Positions 1-13,898 of a stretch of DNA of 54,673 bases are shown here, piece after piece. Made by a program: the position numbers and the translations under genes. Within the stretch, counting starts at the first letter, position 1. Each line of letters opens with the position of its first letter. The DNA comes from Octopus sinensis (Eukaryota), in the NCBI RefSeq assembly GCF_006345805.1, contig NW_021833881.1, forward strand, positions 1-54,673, given 5' to 3'. Under the pieces are notes generated by a model that saw only the letters and a list, made by a program, of their open reading frames with translations, made no database searches and was not told where the DNA came from.

Positions 1-23
1 CACTGGGCCATTGCGCCTCCACC
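1..23 (-). mobile_element. 5' end of a tRNA-derived SINE, same family as 25710-26092, cut by the window edge
   Basis: Reverse complement GGTGGAGGCGCAATGGCCCAGTG matches the start of the 25710 copy (GGTGGAGGTGCAATGGCCCAGTG) at 22/23 nt. Confidence 0.65.
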
Positions 24-275
24 GTTTATAGCCATACACCCCTGTACGTTAATGCTATTGCGGTCTTATACGTTTTATCTGAATGCGTTTTAAATGAACA
101 TATTTATAGGCTTACGGTTTTTACGTTCATAAGCTTATACGAACGAATACTTATACGCTTCAGCAATTGTATGTGCCATAGTATTTCACGATCGTAGTTT
201 TTATATTTACGTCAGAAGGTTTATACGTCCTTATATTAATCCGTTTGTACACTTTAATCTTTGTAGTCTTATACA

Positions 276-503
276 TATTTCTTTATTACCCACAAGGGGC
301 TAAACACAGAGGGGACAAACAAGGATAGACATAGGTATTAAGTCGATTACATCGACCCCAGTGCGTAACTGGTGCTTAATTTATCGACTCCGAAAGGATG
401 AAAGGCAAAGTCGACCTCGGCGGAATTTGAACTCACAACGTAACGGTAGACGAAATACCGCTAAGCATTTCGCCCGGCGTGCTAACATTTCTGCCAGCTC
501 GCC
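276..503 (-). mobile_element. tRNA-derived SINE with Meta-like central domain, full-length copy
   Basis: Minus strand: GGCGAGCTGGCAGAAATGTTAGC (A-box-like), GAGTTCAAATTCC (B box), then GCCTTTCATCCTTTCGGAGTCGATAAATTAAGCACCAG, which resembles the MetaSINE central domain as I recall it. Many homologous copies occur in the window. Confidence 0.85.
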
Positions 504-717
504 CATTTGTAAATTTTCACGGTTTTACGTTTGTCCGTTATGTATATAAATATACACATATATGCTTGCGTGTGTATGTGTGTGTGTTTACGTGTGTGTG
601 TGTGTGTGTGTGTATGTATACACTCACACGCACACACACACACACACACACATCTCTCATGAAAAGCTGTAAAATACTAAACTTCGTAGGAAGTATTCAA
701 GTTGCAGCAATACTCGG

Positions 718-1570
718 AAGTACCGATGTCTTGAAGAAAGTGTAGCGTCTCTAAACCGCGGGATGGAAGTGAGGCGTAACAGCGGCATAGGAAAATCATT
801 TGAGTAAAGAAGGAGAAGAAGAGAAGAAGAAGAAGAAGAAGAAGAAGAAAGAAGAAGAAGAAGAAGAAAAGAAGAAGAAGAAAAGAGAAGAAGGAAGAAG
901 AGAAAGAAAAGAAGAGAGGAAGAAGAGAGAAGAATGGAAGAAGTGGAAGAAAGGAAAGAATGAGAAGAAGAATGGAAGAAAGAGAGGAAGAAGGAGGAGA
1001 TGAGGATGAAGAAGTGGAAGAAGAAGAAGAAGAAGGGGAAGAGGAAGAAGTAGAAGTGGAAGAAGAGGAATGGGAGGAAGAAGTGGAAGGAAGATGAGGA
1101 TGAAGAAGTGGAAGAAGAAGAAGAAGAAGAAGAAGAAGAAGAAGAAGAAGAAGAAAAGAAGAAGAAGAAGAAGAGAAGAAGAAGAAGAAGAAGAAAAAAA
1201 TTAGAAGTGGAAGGAAGAATGAAGAAGAAGAAGTACCGATGTCTTGAAGAAGTGAAGCGGGATGGAAGTGAGACGTGACAGCGGCATAGGAAAATCATTT
1301 GAGTAAAGAAGAAAATGAAGAAGAAGAGAAGAAGAAGAAAATGGAAGAAGGGAAGAAGAGAAAGAAAAGAAGTTGGAAAGAAGAGAGGAAGTAGAATGGA
1401 AGAAGGAGAAGATGAGGAAGAAGCGATGAGAAGTAGAAGTGGAAGAAGAAGAAGAAGAAGAAGAATAAGAGAAGAAGAGAAGACGAGAAGAAGAAGAAGA
1501 AGAAGAAGAAGAAGAAGAAGAAGAAGAAGAAGAAGAAGAAGAAGAAGAAGAAGAAGAAGATGAGGAAGAT
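718..1570 (+). repeat. (GAA)n-rich purine tract built from two copies of a unique ~85-bp head plus GAA array
   Basis: AAGTACCGATGTCTTGAAGAA...GGGATGGAAGTGAG...CAGCGGCATAGGAAAATCATTTGAGTAAAGAAG occurs at 718 and 1231, each followed by GAA repeats. Confidence 0.85.
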
Positions 1571-1589
1571 AAAATGAATGATATTTGTG

Positions 1590-1790
1590 TCAACGATCAC
1601 CAAGAAAAAATACCATTTAATCGACACATCAGTTTCAACAGATGAAAATGTATCATCAAAAGAAATGGAGAATCTCTCGAAATACGAACTTCCAGAAGAT
1701 CAGAACGCAGAGGCAACTCGAATGCAGTTGTCTATAATGCAGAACCTCAATACAGTAAGAATCCCAATGACATTAGGTACTTTAAATATA
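1590..1790 (+). mobile_element. Decayed R4/Dong-type retrotransposon, restriction-like endonuclease (RLE) segment
   Basis: Translation KKYHLIDTSVSTDENVSSKEMENLSKYE...EATRMQ...NLNTVRIPMTLGTL aligns with [53 protein letters not shown] of the 41211-41516 ORF. Confidence 0.8.
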
Positions 1791-1800
1791 ATAATATATA

Positions 1801-1971
1801 TACGATATAGTGCATATTTATACACATAAGGAATCCATTTAGTGGTAAATGGTATTCCTGTCGAATCTTATTCGTTATTTTTGTGGTTTATAGAACCTAG
1901 GTGTTCTCTCTAATGTGCCGAATCTCACACTAAGTGGATTCCTTATGTGTATAAATATGCACTATATCGTA
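1801..1971. mobile_element. 171-bp MITE (Tc1/mariner-type) with 44-bp TIRs and TA TSD
   Basis: TA|TACGATATAGTGCATATTTATACACATAAGGAATCCATTTAGTG (1801-1844) and its inverted copy at 1928-1971|TA, with one mismatch and an 83-bp spacer. Confidence 0.75.
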
Positions 1972-2081
1972 TAACTAATATATAGTCTTCTTGACTAATT
2001 TTTTTGCACGTTAGACCACTGGAAATGTAATTTTGATTGTATATTTAAAATTTAATTAAATTCCATTTCCCTTTTGATATG

Positions 2082-2174
<93 letters not shown>

Positions 2175-2175
2175 T

Positions 2176-2210
<35 letters not shown>

Positions 2211-2279
2211 AGAAATATTGAATTTCTAAATCTCTCGTACAGACATGTACGGTGGTGGGGCGATAAAATGGTTGTAGAT

Positions 2280-2628
2280 TGTCAATCTAACAAGAACGTG
2301 ACATTAGGGGATACACCACCGCTGTATAGCCCTAGGAAGCATCGAACGCCTCCTGATGGCTTTGACACATTTTTCCCTGTGTCCTTATATACATATACGA
2401 AGGGGAGACAAACACCCCCGGCTGCCGAAACTGCATCTAGGGACACGTGTTTCAGGATCGTTGTCCTTAATCGGCCTAGAGTAGCAGACACCGGTGTTTG
2501 TCTCCCCTTCGTATATGTATATAAGGACACAGGGAAAAATGTGTCAAAGCCATCAGGAGGCGTTCGATGCTTCCTAGGGCTATACAGCGCTGGTGTACCC
2601 CTACTATCACGTTCTTGTTAGATTGACA
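2280..2628. mobile_element. Foldback/MITE element with ~136-bp inverted arms
   Basis: 2280-2416 is the near-perfect reverse complement of 2493-2628, around a 76-bp spacer. This explains why ORFs 2268+ and 2282- encode the same peptides. Flanked by (TA)n. Confidence 0.85.
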
Positions 2629-2653
2629 GTATAACCACCATTATATATATATA

Positions 2654-2694
<41 letters not shown>

Positions 2695-2697
<3 letters not shown>

Positions 2698-2905
2698 AAA
2701 ACATAAACAACCAGCAGGAATTACGAATACATTATGACGTAATGAATATAGCATTGCTTTGCAACGCACAATCATCTTATGTAGAATACTCTCAATGCAG
2801 TAAAAATAACAACACTAAAACAAACCACAGCACACACAGGAAGCACACAGAACTACGTTCGGTAGTGCAGTGAAACGCACGCAATAAAAATATGGCTTCT
2901 GAATA
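2695..2905 (+). mobile_element. Decayed R4/Dong-type retrotransposon, ORF end and 3' UTR (continuation of 1590-1790)
   Basis: ACAAACCACAGCACACACAGGAAGCACACAGAACTACGTTCGGTAGTGCAGTGAAACGCACGCAATAAAAATA aligns with the 3' UTR at 41533-41603. The preceding sequence aligns loosely with the TPGLTNTYNIQKIALLGTAH coding region. Confidence 0.75.
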
Positions 2906-3187
2906 GTGATAACATATTTGAGTTTAATTCAAAAGTAATTTTAAGAAATTATAAAGACATAAAAAATAATTAAATGATAACTTGCCACTAACACCAACAC
3001 TATCCCGCCCTTCTTTTTGAACCTTATATACTTAGTTCAAGTTTTATCGTCTGTCCATTTTTCCCTTGGCGCTTTTAACATCCTATTCCCTTATCCTTCT
3101 GCACACTTCACCGCATCTTTTCCCCTTCGTACTGCTCACTCTCACTCTCTCTCCTATCTTCTCGTTTATCTTTTCCTTACTGATCGT

Positions 3188-5678
<2,491 letters not shown>

Positions 5679-6739
5679 GTTTGCTAATGCTTTTGTATAT
5701 TTTGTCCATTTTATTTTCACGATTCCTTAACTTCTTTATTTATTTATGAACCAATTGTTATGTGAGATAGTTTTGTTAAATTTAAAAACAGATAATATTT
5801 TTGTTATGTTTTTTTTTCTCTCTTGTTTAATTTACTTTCTTCTCATACGCTTTTGCTGTTAGCTATAGTTATTTTTCTTATTATCATTATTACCATCATC
5901 AACATCATCGTTAGCTTTATTTTTATGCTGCAGTTGTTGTTGATGTTGTTCTTTATTCTTTTTCCTATTTTTTTTTCTTATTCTGTCAAAGCCTTTGTTA
6001 TCATAACAGTGTTGAAGGTGGTGAAGGAACCGGTGATGAATATTTATTGTTCTTTAATTCCGCCATTTTCCACACTTTTCCTGTGGTATAAACATATCGT
6101 ATGGATTTTGTTGTATTGTTTTGATATTACTTGTTTCGTTGTTATATAGGTTGTGTCTTTACAGCGTTTTATTTTATTTTAATTCGTACAATTTTTATAG
6201 CAAATTTAAAATTTTATTTTAATGATACACATATACAAATACATGTGTATGCATACATACACACACATATAAACATACAGAGATGTGTGCATGTGTTTGA
6301 GAGTGAATTGTTATAATTCTATTTCCTGTTTTCATCATATTTCTTTTCACACCAGCATATCTTCCAATCATCTTCATCAAATGTTGATGAGGAGAAGGAT
6401 TCTGTAGGGGGTTAGCATCAATGAATGTGACAGGAATAGCGTTGGGGGAGGAAGAGGGAATGCATTTGTACAAAGAGTGGCAAGGGTGTTGAAATGCGGA
6501 TTTCATCTGAATCAGGCCACTACACACATACTTAAATTACAATTAAACTTCTAACCTGTTGTATAGCAAGCTAATAAGGGAAGACTTGATGAATCGTTGG
6601 TTCTTGTTGAAAGTAATTTTATTTTAATTTATACGTCATGATAAGAGTACTCTCACGAATTATTTGCATAAGTACACTATACTTAACATATGCGTACGCA
6701 CAGAGGCATTCGCATACACATACACACATGTAAGTATAC

Positions 6740-7518
6740 GTATACACACATAAATGCATACATACAAACATGTATGCATGCATAATACATTCATACATAC
6801 ATACATGCATACGCACATACATACATACAAACATTCATGCATACATTCATACATACATACATGCGTACATACATACATAAATGCATTCATGCATACATAC
6901 ATACAAACATGTATGCATGCATACATAATACATTCAGACATACATACATGCCTACAGACATACATACAAACTTGCATGCATGCATACATACATTCATACA
7001 TGCATGCATACATACATTCATACATACATGCGTATATATACATATAAAATTGCATGCATACATACATACATTCATACATACATACATACATACATACATA
7101 CATACATACATGCAGACGCACATACATACAAGCCTGCATGCATGCATACATACATTCATACATACTTACATGCATGCATACATACAAACATGCATACATA
7201 CATACATACATGCGTACATACATAAATGCATGCATGCATACATAGAAAGAAACATGCATGCATACATAATACATTGATACATACATACATGCATACATGC
7301 ATACACACATACATACAAGCCTGCATGCATACATACATACATTCATACCTGCATGCATACATACATAGATACATACATGCGTATATACATACATGCATAA
7401 ATGCATGCATGCATACATACATACACTCATACATACATACACACATACATACAAACGTGCATGCATGCATACATACATACATACATACATACATACATAC
7501 ATACATACATACATACAT
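6740..7518. repeat. Degenerate (ACAT)n/(GCAT)n tetranucleotide array with higher-order duplicated blocks
   Basis: About 780 bp of ATAC/ATGC units. CAAACATGTATGCATGCAT-AATACATTCA and CAAGCCTGCATGCAT each recur. Confidence 0.95.
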
Positions 7519-8385
7519 CTGTATCTTTGCTACGAATGTTTTACCTGTATTTATTTGTACATAATAACGTACATACGTGTCGAGAAAAAAATTCGACTTT
7601 TCTGCCTGAATTGTTACAAATAACAGCCAAAACCTCCTCATTGCACACACTAAAACGTTTGATAGACGAAAATATTTATTTAGACACAGGCTCGTAGGCA
7701 AAGGGCAAACGAGCTCTTAAGAATAACTCGGATTGGCTAGTGGCAGATATAATGAAGGTATATTAAATAACAAACACAATAAACATTTGATTCACTGAAA
7801 TTATCTACAATTTTAGAGAGATTAAGATAATCACTTAATTGGCAATTAGTCGCAACACGATACGACAAATGGGAAAATATCAAGAATCAGGTATTCTCCG
7901 AAATTCACATTCCACTAACGAAACGACGGACTGATTGTCTAAAAGATAGAGGACAGTTGTAGATATGTCCATCCGTATCTTCAGTCAGTGAGGAACTTAC
8001 ACCAACGCAAAGAATGTAGGAGACATTTACTGCTAAGCTTCCTAAAGTTGCTGGAATGCTGCTCGTACTTTTGTCGTTAAAGAACTTTCCTATATGGCTT
8101 TATTTAGTTTAAGATCTATATGTAAGTATGTATATCATTATATACATTTATGTGCATGCGTACTCAGACACACACACATACACACAAATACTCGCACAGT
8201 AACACAGACTCAAACACACATATATAAAATGTGAACGATTATTTTTTTTACTGTTCTGTTACACGCAATGGTGTACACAAGTAATAAAGCGAAAATTCAT
8301 CGTTAACGAATTTATCCAAATGACGTCTCCAAAACGGCCATTTTGCCCCGCAGTATTTCTGAAATTCCTTGTGTGTCTGACTGCT

Positions 8386-8415
8386 TTTCTATCTATCTAT
8401 TTATCTATCTATATG

Positions 8416-8480
<65 letters not shown>

Positions 8481-8570
8481 ATTCATCTATCTATTTATCT
8501 ATCTATCTATCCATCTCTCTATCTATCCATCTATCTATCTATCCATCTGTTTAACTATCCATCTATACAT

Positions 8571-8608
<38 letters not shown>

Positions 8609-8609
8609 G

Positions 8610-8692
<83 letters not shown>

Positions 8693-8780
8693 GACTATCT
8701 GTTTGTCTATCTATCTATCTATCTACCCATATACATGTGGGTGTGTCTGTACGTGTGTGTGCATCTGTATGTGTGTGTGT

Positions 8781-8817
<37 letters not shown>

Positions 8818-8820
8818 TTT
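8386..8820. repeat. (ATCT)n / (GTCT)n / (TG)n compound microsatellite
   Basis: Visible directly. Confidence 0.95.
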
Positions 8821-9096
8821 GTGTACATTTCTATCTATTTGTTTCCCTACAGCTTGAAGAGCGGTGTTGCTTTTTTTATGCCCGTAACATGTTGAGTAAG
8901 CAAAAGAATTCCCACTAAACACTACAAACAGTGCCCTTGCAGACAATATATAGGTAGAAACACAGGTGTGTATTAGTAAATACAGGTGTGTGTGAGTATG
9001 TGCTTGTATGTATGTGCACATGATTGAACTTGAAATCTCTCTCCCATATTGTAGATTCACTGATCGATTGCGCCTCCACTGCATCAGCCCATGATA

Positions 9097-9662
9097 TTGG
9101 GTTGTCCGGAAAGTTCGTGCCGATTTATAATAGCTTACATTTCGACTTATTTTAGAACATCGTTGAGTCCATAAAATAGGATTTGACTACACCCCCATTT
9201 AGAGCAAAGTTTAAGCTATCTTTTTGTGGAAGAACATTTATGTTCCTATTACCTGTGATAATTCTGTAAGCCTTTAAAATGGAAGATAAGAAAGTTCATT
9301 TTCAGCAATTGATGCTTTGGGAACTAGACAAAAATTGCTGCAGCTCGGCTAGGATGTGTTACCCCATCCTCCGTATTCACTAGATATTGCTCCTTCGGAT
9401 TTCCACTTATTCAGGTCACTGCAGAACAGTCTTAATGGTAAGAATTTCAGTTCTTTGGATGAGGTAAATAGATACCTTGATGCATTTTTTGCCATGAAAC
9501 CACCTCAAGTCTGGTAAGAGGGTATTTTCAAGTTAAAGAAAAGATGGAGACGCATTGTGCAACAGAATGGTTCATATTTGGTTGATTAAAAATGTAATGG
9601 CAAGTATTTATTTACCTTTTTGTTTCCTTTAAAAATTGGCACGAACTTTCCGGACAACCCAA
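9097..9662 (+). mobile_element. Internally deleted, non-autonomous mariner (566 bp) with intact TIRs and TA TSD
   Basis: TA|TTGGGTTGTCCGGAAAGTTCGTGCCGATTT ... AAATTGGCACGAACTTTCCGGACAACCCAA|TA. The N-terminus MEDKKVHFQQLMLWE is joined to the C-terminal TRQKLLQLG*DVLPHPPYSLDIAPSDFHLFRSLQNSLNGKNF...RWRRIVQQNGSYLVD*. Confidence 0.92.
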
Positions 9663-9812
9663 TACTTTTAGCAGTGAGTTTCTGACGCATTCACAACAGG
9701 ACTTGTGTCGTGTGTGCATGTTGTGTGCGTTTCTGTACACACACATGCACACACTTACAAGCACAGTCTCTATAGAAATACGCATATAAATACGCTATAC
9801 ATACATATATAA

Positions 9813-9846
<34 letters not shown>

Positions 9847-10295
9847 TGTGTGGGGGAGGAAACTGAAAGAGACATAAGGTGAACGAAGGAATCTACAATA
9901 TGAGACAGGAATGTAGAAGCATACCTAAAATCTCTAATGAGAAGACAGCCAAGAGGAAAACACTTTTTAGATCATAACTGAAAGACAAAACTGTTGGTAA
10001 GTATAAAATAGCGGACAGTTTTCTTGAAGTCTTGTTCCGGTAGAATGGGGCAGTAAAAAAAAAAATTAAAGAATAGAATATAGATTATGTACGACATAAA
10101 GTGAGAACTGCTAGTAAAGCAGTTAGACAGGTAGACAAGTGCTAATTTTAATCTTCGCTGTCAAAACAGTATGTAAATGCCAATAGACAAACCGACAGCA
10201 ATGTAACGTCTTGTACTTGACAGGTTATCATTGGACATTCAAAACAGACAAACATACTAACGTCTGTTACTTTTGCATGTATACATTTACACGTG

Positions 10296-10364
<69 letters not shown>

Positions 10365-10510
10365 CTATATATATATATATTGAGTCATCCCATAAATAAT
10401 GCGGTTGTTCAATTGCATGAACTAAAAGTCGGAGGGGCACGGGAGGAAATAACTGCATTAATTTGCTACAAAATCAGGTAGTAATTTTACCTGGTAGTTA
10501 TTCTTATTCT

Positions 10511-10563
<53 letters not shown>

Positions 10564-10906
10564 CAACGGGCTTCTTTCTGTCTACCAAATCCACTTACAG
10601 GGGAGATGAGATCTCATTGTTGTTGCTTACATCAGGCGTTTCGGATACAAAACTTCGAAACAAAATCAGTGCTGGCTAAAATCTCTATCGAAGAATCGGC
10701 AGAGATACCCATAGCAAGTGAAATATGTGTGTATATATGTGTGTGTGGATGGGTGTACGTGTGTGTGCGTAAATATGAACATATCTATGTATATATACAT
10801 TTATTAACAATTGAGGATAAAATCTTTAAAAGAAATTATCAGTAGTCAGCGTGAAAAACCTCGTAAGAGAAAAAATCCGTAAATTCTTCCTCTTTGAAAA
10901 TATTCA

Positions 10907-11368
10907 TTTATATTATATTGAGGGTACTACTATTCGTAGATACCAACACGCTAAGAGGGACCAATGCGGTCAAAACTACTAAAAATAAACAAAATTTTAC
11001 CGAATGCAAAACTTCAAAACACATCATTTTACAAAAAGAATTCAGTTACATATCACATGTGATTTCGCATTTAATGCAGAATATGCATTTCATGTTCATC
11101 AGTGCAACAAACTCAAGAAATATAAGAGAAAACATAACATTACAAGCTCGATAGCCAACCGTAGAATTCGTCGTAGCTTGTACGAATGTTTATCTTTACA
11201 TATCTATGAAAATGGCGGGCTTATTCGCAATGCATTTCGGTTACAAATTGTCTAGTCGGAATAAAAATTCAGTATTGAACTATTCCGGGGAAAAATATAA
11301 ATTAACAATTGAGGATAAAATCTTTGTGTTGGTATCTACGAATAGTAGTACCCTCAATATAATATAAA
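10907..11368. repeat. Perfect 43-bp inverted repeat pair (10907-10949 / 11326-11368), plus a 25-bp direct repeat (10803-10827 / 11301-11325)
   Basis: TTTATATTATATTGAGGGTACTACTATTCGTAGATACCAACAC and its exact reverse complement; ATTAACAATTGAGGATAAAATCTTT occurs twice. Confidence 0.9.
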
Positions 11369-12119
11369 TATGTATATATACATATATACAGAACATCCAC
11401 GTTTAAATGAGCATAACTATCATCTCTTGGTATTAATATATCCAGTGTCGCTAATATATCTGAGTTCGAGAGAAGCCAGAACGACATGCACTATATTTTT
11501 CTACATCGGGACATTTAGATAAGGAGACACTCTCATGACCTTAAACGCTAACATGTCCTTCAAAGTGGGAGCTCATAGGCTGATTTTGATTCAACATAGA
11601 ATACTTTTGTTCCCCATGTTACTGTCACCTTGTCGCATTTCGTAGCCGTTCATAGCAAATTAGGCTTAAGCAGAAAGCTTTCGAGTAATTATCTCTAGTA
11701 GTAAAGCTGTACAACATCCCCGGGACCATATCTTTGCACAGTGCAAATTTACCTATAGTGTTTAGCAAATATTGGCCAAGAAATTTAATGCGAAATTCGA
11801 AGTATGTTTGAATCGATTTTCAGTCCCTGCCGTATTGTTTTTTTCTTCAATTACGGGGGGAGGGAGATTTTCCTACTGTTTGTTTGAACTTTTCGAGCTA
11901 TAACGTTAATGTTTTTGATGGTACGTAGTGTACTAAATATACCTTATATTTTGGTATGCTTACTGGTACTGCAAATATATTGTTCCTTACCTGAAGTTTC
12001 TTGGGAAACTATTTATGATTCTATTTGGATGTTATGTCCATTGGTATGTCACTCATCTTTTGAATTACCAATGCAGAATATATTTCTTCATCATGTCTCC
12101 ATAAAATGCATCTCTAAAT

Positions 12120-12920
12120 TACTTGTTTAATCAGTTTCAATAAAATAATTCATGAAGACGAGAACATGCGCAAAATTTCTGCAAAGTTTCTCTCAGTGTG
12201 CTAAGAGAGGAACCGAATGAAATAGGCATTGGTCACAGCAGGGTGATGGTTGAGGTCATTACTGCCAATCCAAGAGTACTTGTGTCTCTGGTGACCTGTG
12301 AAAAAAACTCGATTTACTGTTACGATTCAGATACTAAATATCCTTGCATCCCAATAATGGGAACATTCTTGCATCCCCAGAACGAAAAAGGTCATGCAAA
12401 GCAAATCCACCGGGAAGTTGATAATGATTCTCTTTTTTGGCAGCAAGATCACCATTTACATCCACTTGTTTCCCTCTGACCAGACAATTAAAGAAGAGTA
12501 TTTTGTGAAGGTTTTACGGGCGTTCAGAAGAGAGTTCATCGCAAAACACCAGAGCATTTCTACGTGGATCGGTGGCACCTGCTCCAGGACAATATACCAG
12601 TCCACAATTCCATTCTGGCAAGAAACTACTTGACAGGAATAGGAATCAAAACTGTCCTTCCCCCTCCATACAGTGGCATTCTTGGTTGTTCTTCAAGCTA
12701 AAAGAGAATCATAGTGTTAATCGTTTCGAAGATATTGAGGATTCTGGACACGTTCAGTTAGGAGAAATTTCATGGGGCCTTCACAAACTGCATAGAGCGC
12801 AACAAGAGCATCGGAGTCGTGGGGTTCCTAGTTTGTAGGAGATTAAATCTTAATATACATGTTTTAAATTAAATAAAAGTCTCTCCTGAAAAAGTCTCCA
12901 GCTTTGTAGAATGCACCTTA
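12120..12920 (+). mobile_element. Decayed mariner transposase relic with 3' TIR
   Basis: Frameshifted motifs IIHEDENMRKISAKF, LVTCEKNSIYCYDSDTK, MQSKSTGKLIMILFFGSK, WHLLQDNIPVHNS, PPPYS. The 3' end TTTGTAGAATGCACCTTA|TA resembles the end at 53690-53701. Confidence 0.85.
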
Positions 12921-13601
12921 TATTCTTACACTAAAATAATCACATTTCTTCGTGCAGACCGCGTACCTCAATAATTTACCTCAGAAATACATTCTCCAAA
13001 TATGCTATACTAGTGCACAATATATCTTAAATGGCATTTTCTATACAAGAAAACAAGCAACTTTGGGTTAAACTTGACTGTGCTAAACAGAAAAGTTACT
13101 GTATCGATATACAAAACTTAAAATATCTGAACGACAACTAGAAGTTTTTACAGACAAAACGATATTGATAGATTCTCTCATAAAAAAATAATGGAAGAAA
13201 TTTAAGATCAGTTCAGACAAGATTATCTGTCATCCTACTTATTTATTTATAAATTTATTTATTTTCGTGTTATTTTTTGACTAAGATGTATTTCTAGTCT
13301 TCTATTTTGGTTTGAGAAAATTCACAAAGCATTATGCACTAGCAAAATTTCTTGGACCAGAAATACATATTTACAAACACGTATATATTCCAAGTTGAAT
13401 CAAAAGTTTTTCGGATTTTAGCCGAGGGGATTTGGCCACATATATCTCAGTGCTATGCCATTAATTTGATACAAATTGTACAATCTTTGCTGAGATGTTT
13501 ATTCCTTATTTTCGTTGATAACATATAAACAGTTATTGTTTATTTCAGAGCTTTGATAATGAGTGGTGAAAGATATGTTTGAGAGATGTTACATATGCAT
13601 A

Positions 13602-13898
13602 TCTTTATATATAAAAGAGAGGTTGTGTGTCTGTCTCCTATGATTTAGATTCCTAACTACTCCCACATTTTGCGGTGCAGTTTAACCAAAACCGGGTATC
13701 TTATAGTCGTGATTCATATCGAGCCCTTCTGGGTATTAGCGCGCGTCTACGTTGAGGCTACGATTTTTAAAAAAAAATTACCATAATTTTTTTCCATTTT
13801 TAATGCATTTTTTTGCTATTTTTTGGCTATAACTCTCTAAAAATGCCTATATAGTTATTTCCCTTACAAACCCGAGCAACGCCGGGCGATACTGCTAG
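13602..13898 (+). mobile_element. Non-autonomous Helitron, copy 1
   Basis: A|TCTTTATATATAAAA start; 3' hairpin CCCGAGCAACGCCGGG followed by GATACTGCTAG; no TSD. Homologous to 45025-45411. Confidence 0.8.

Noticed and set aside
6219-6527. Minus-strand 102-aa ORF in locally GC-richer unique sequence
   Set aside because: No recognisable domain or convincing splice sites, and the C-terminus runs into a TG repeat.
7700-8070. CCAAT-like (GATTGG) and TATA-like words with a downstream GTAAGT donor, suggesting a first exon
   Set aside because: These are common short words, all frames are closed, and there is no independent evidence of a promoter.
8853-8895. 43-bp candidate exon (CCCTACAG| ... |GTAAGC; LEERCCFFYARNML)
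   Set aside because: Good splice signals, but no recognisable product or partner exon; such matches are expected by chance in 55 kb.
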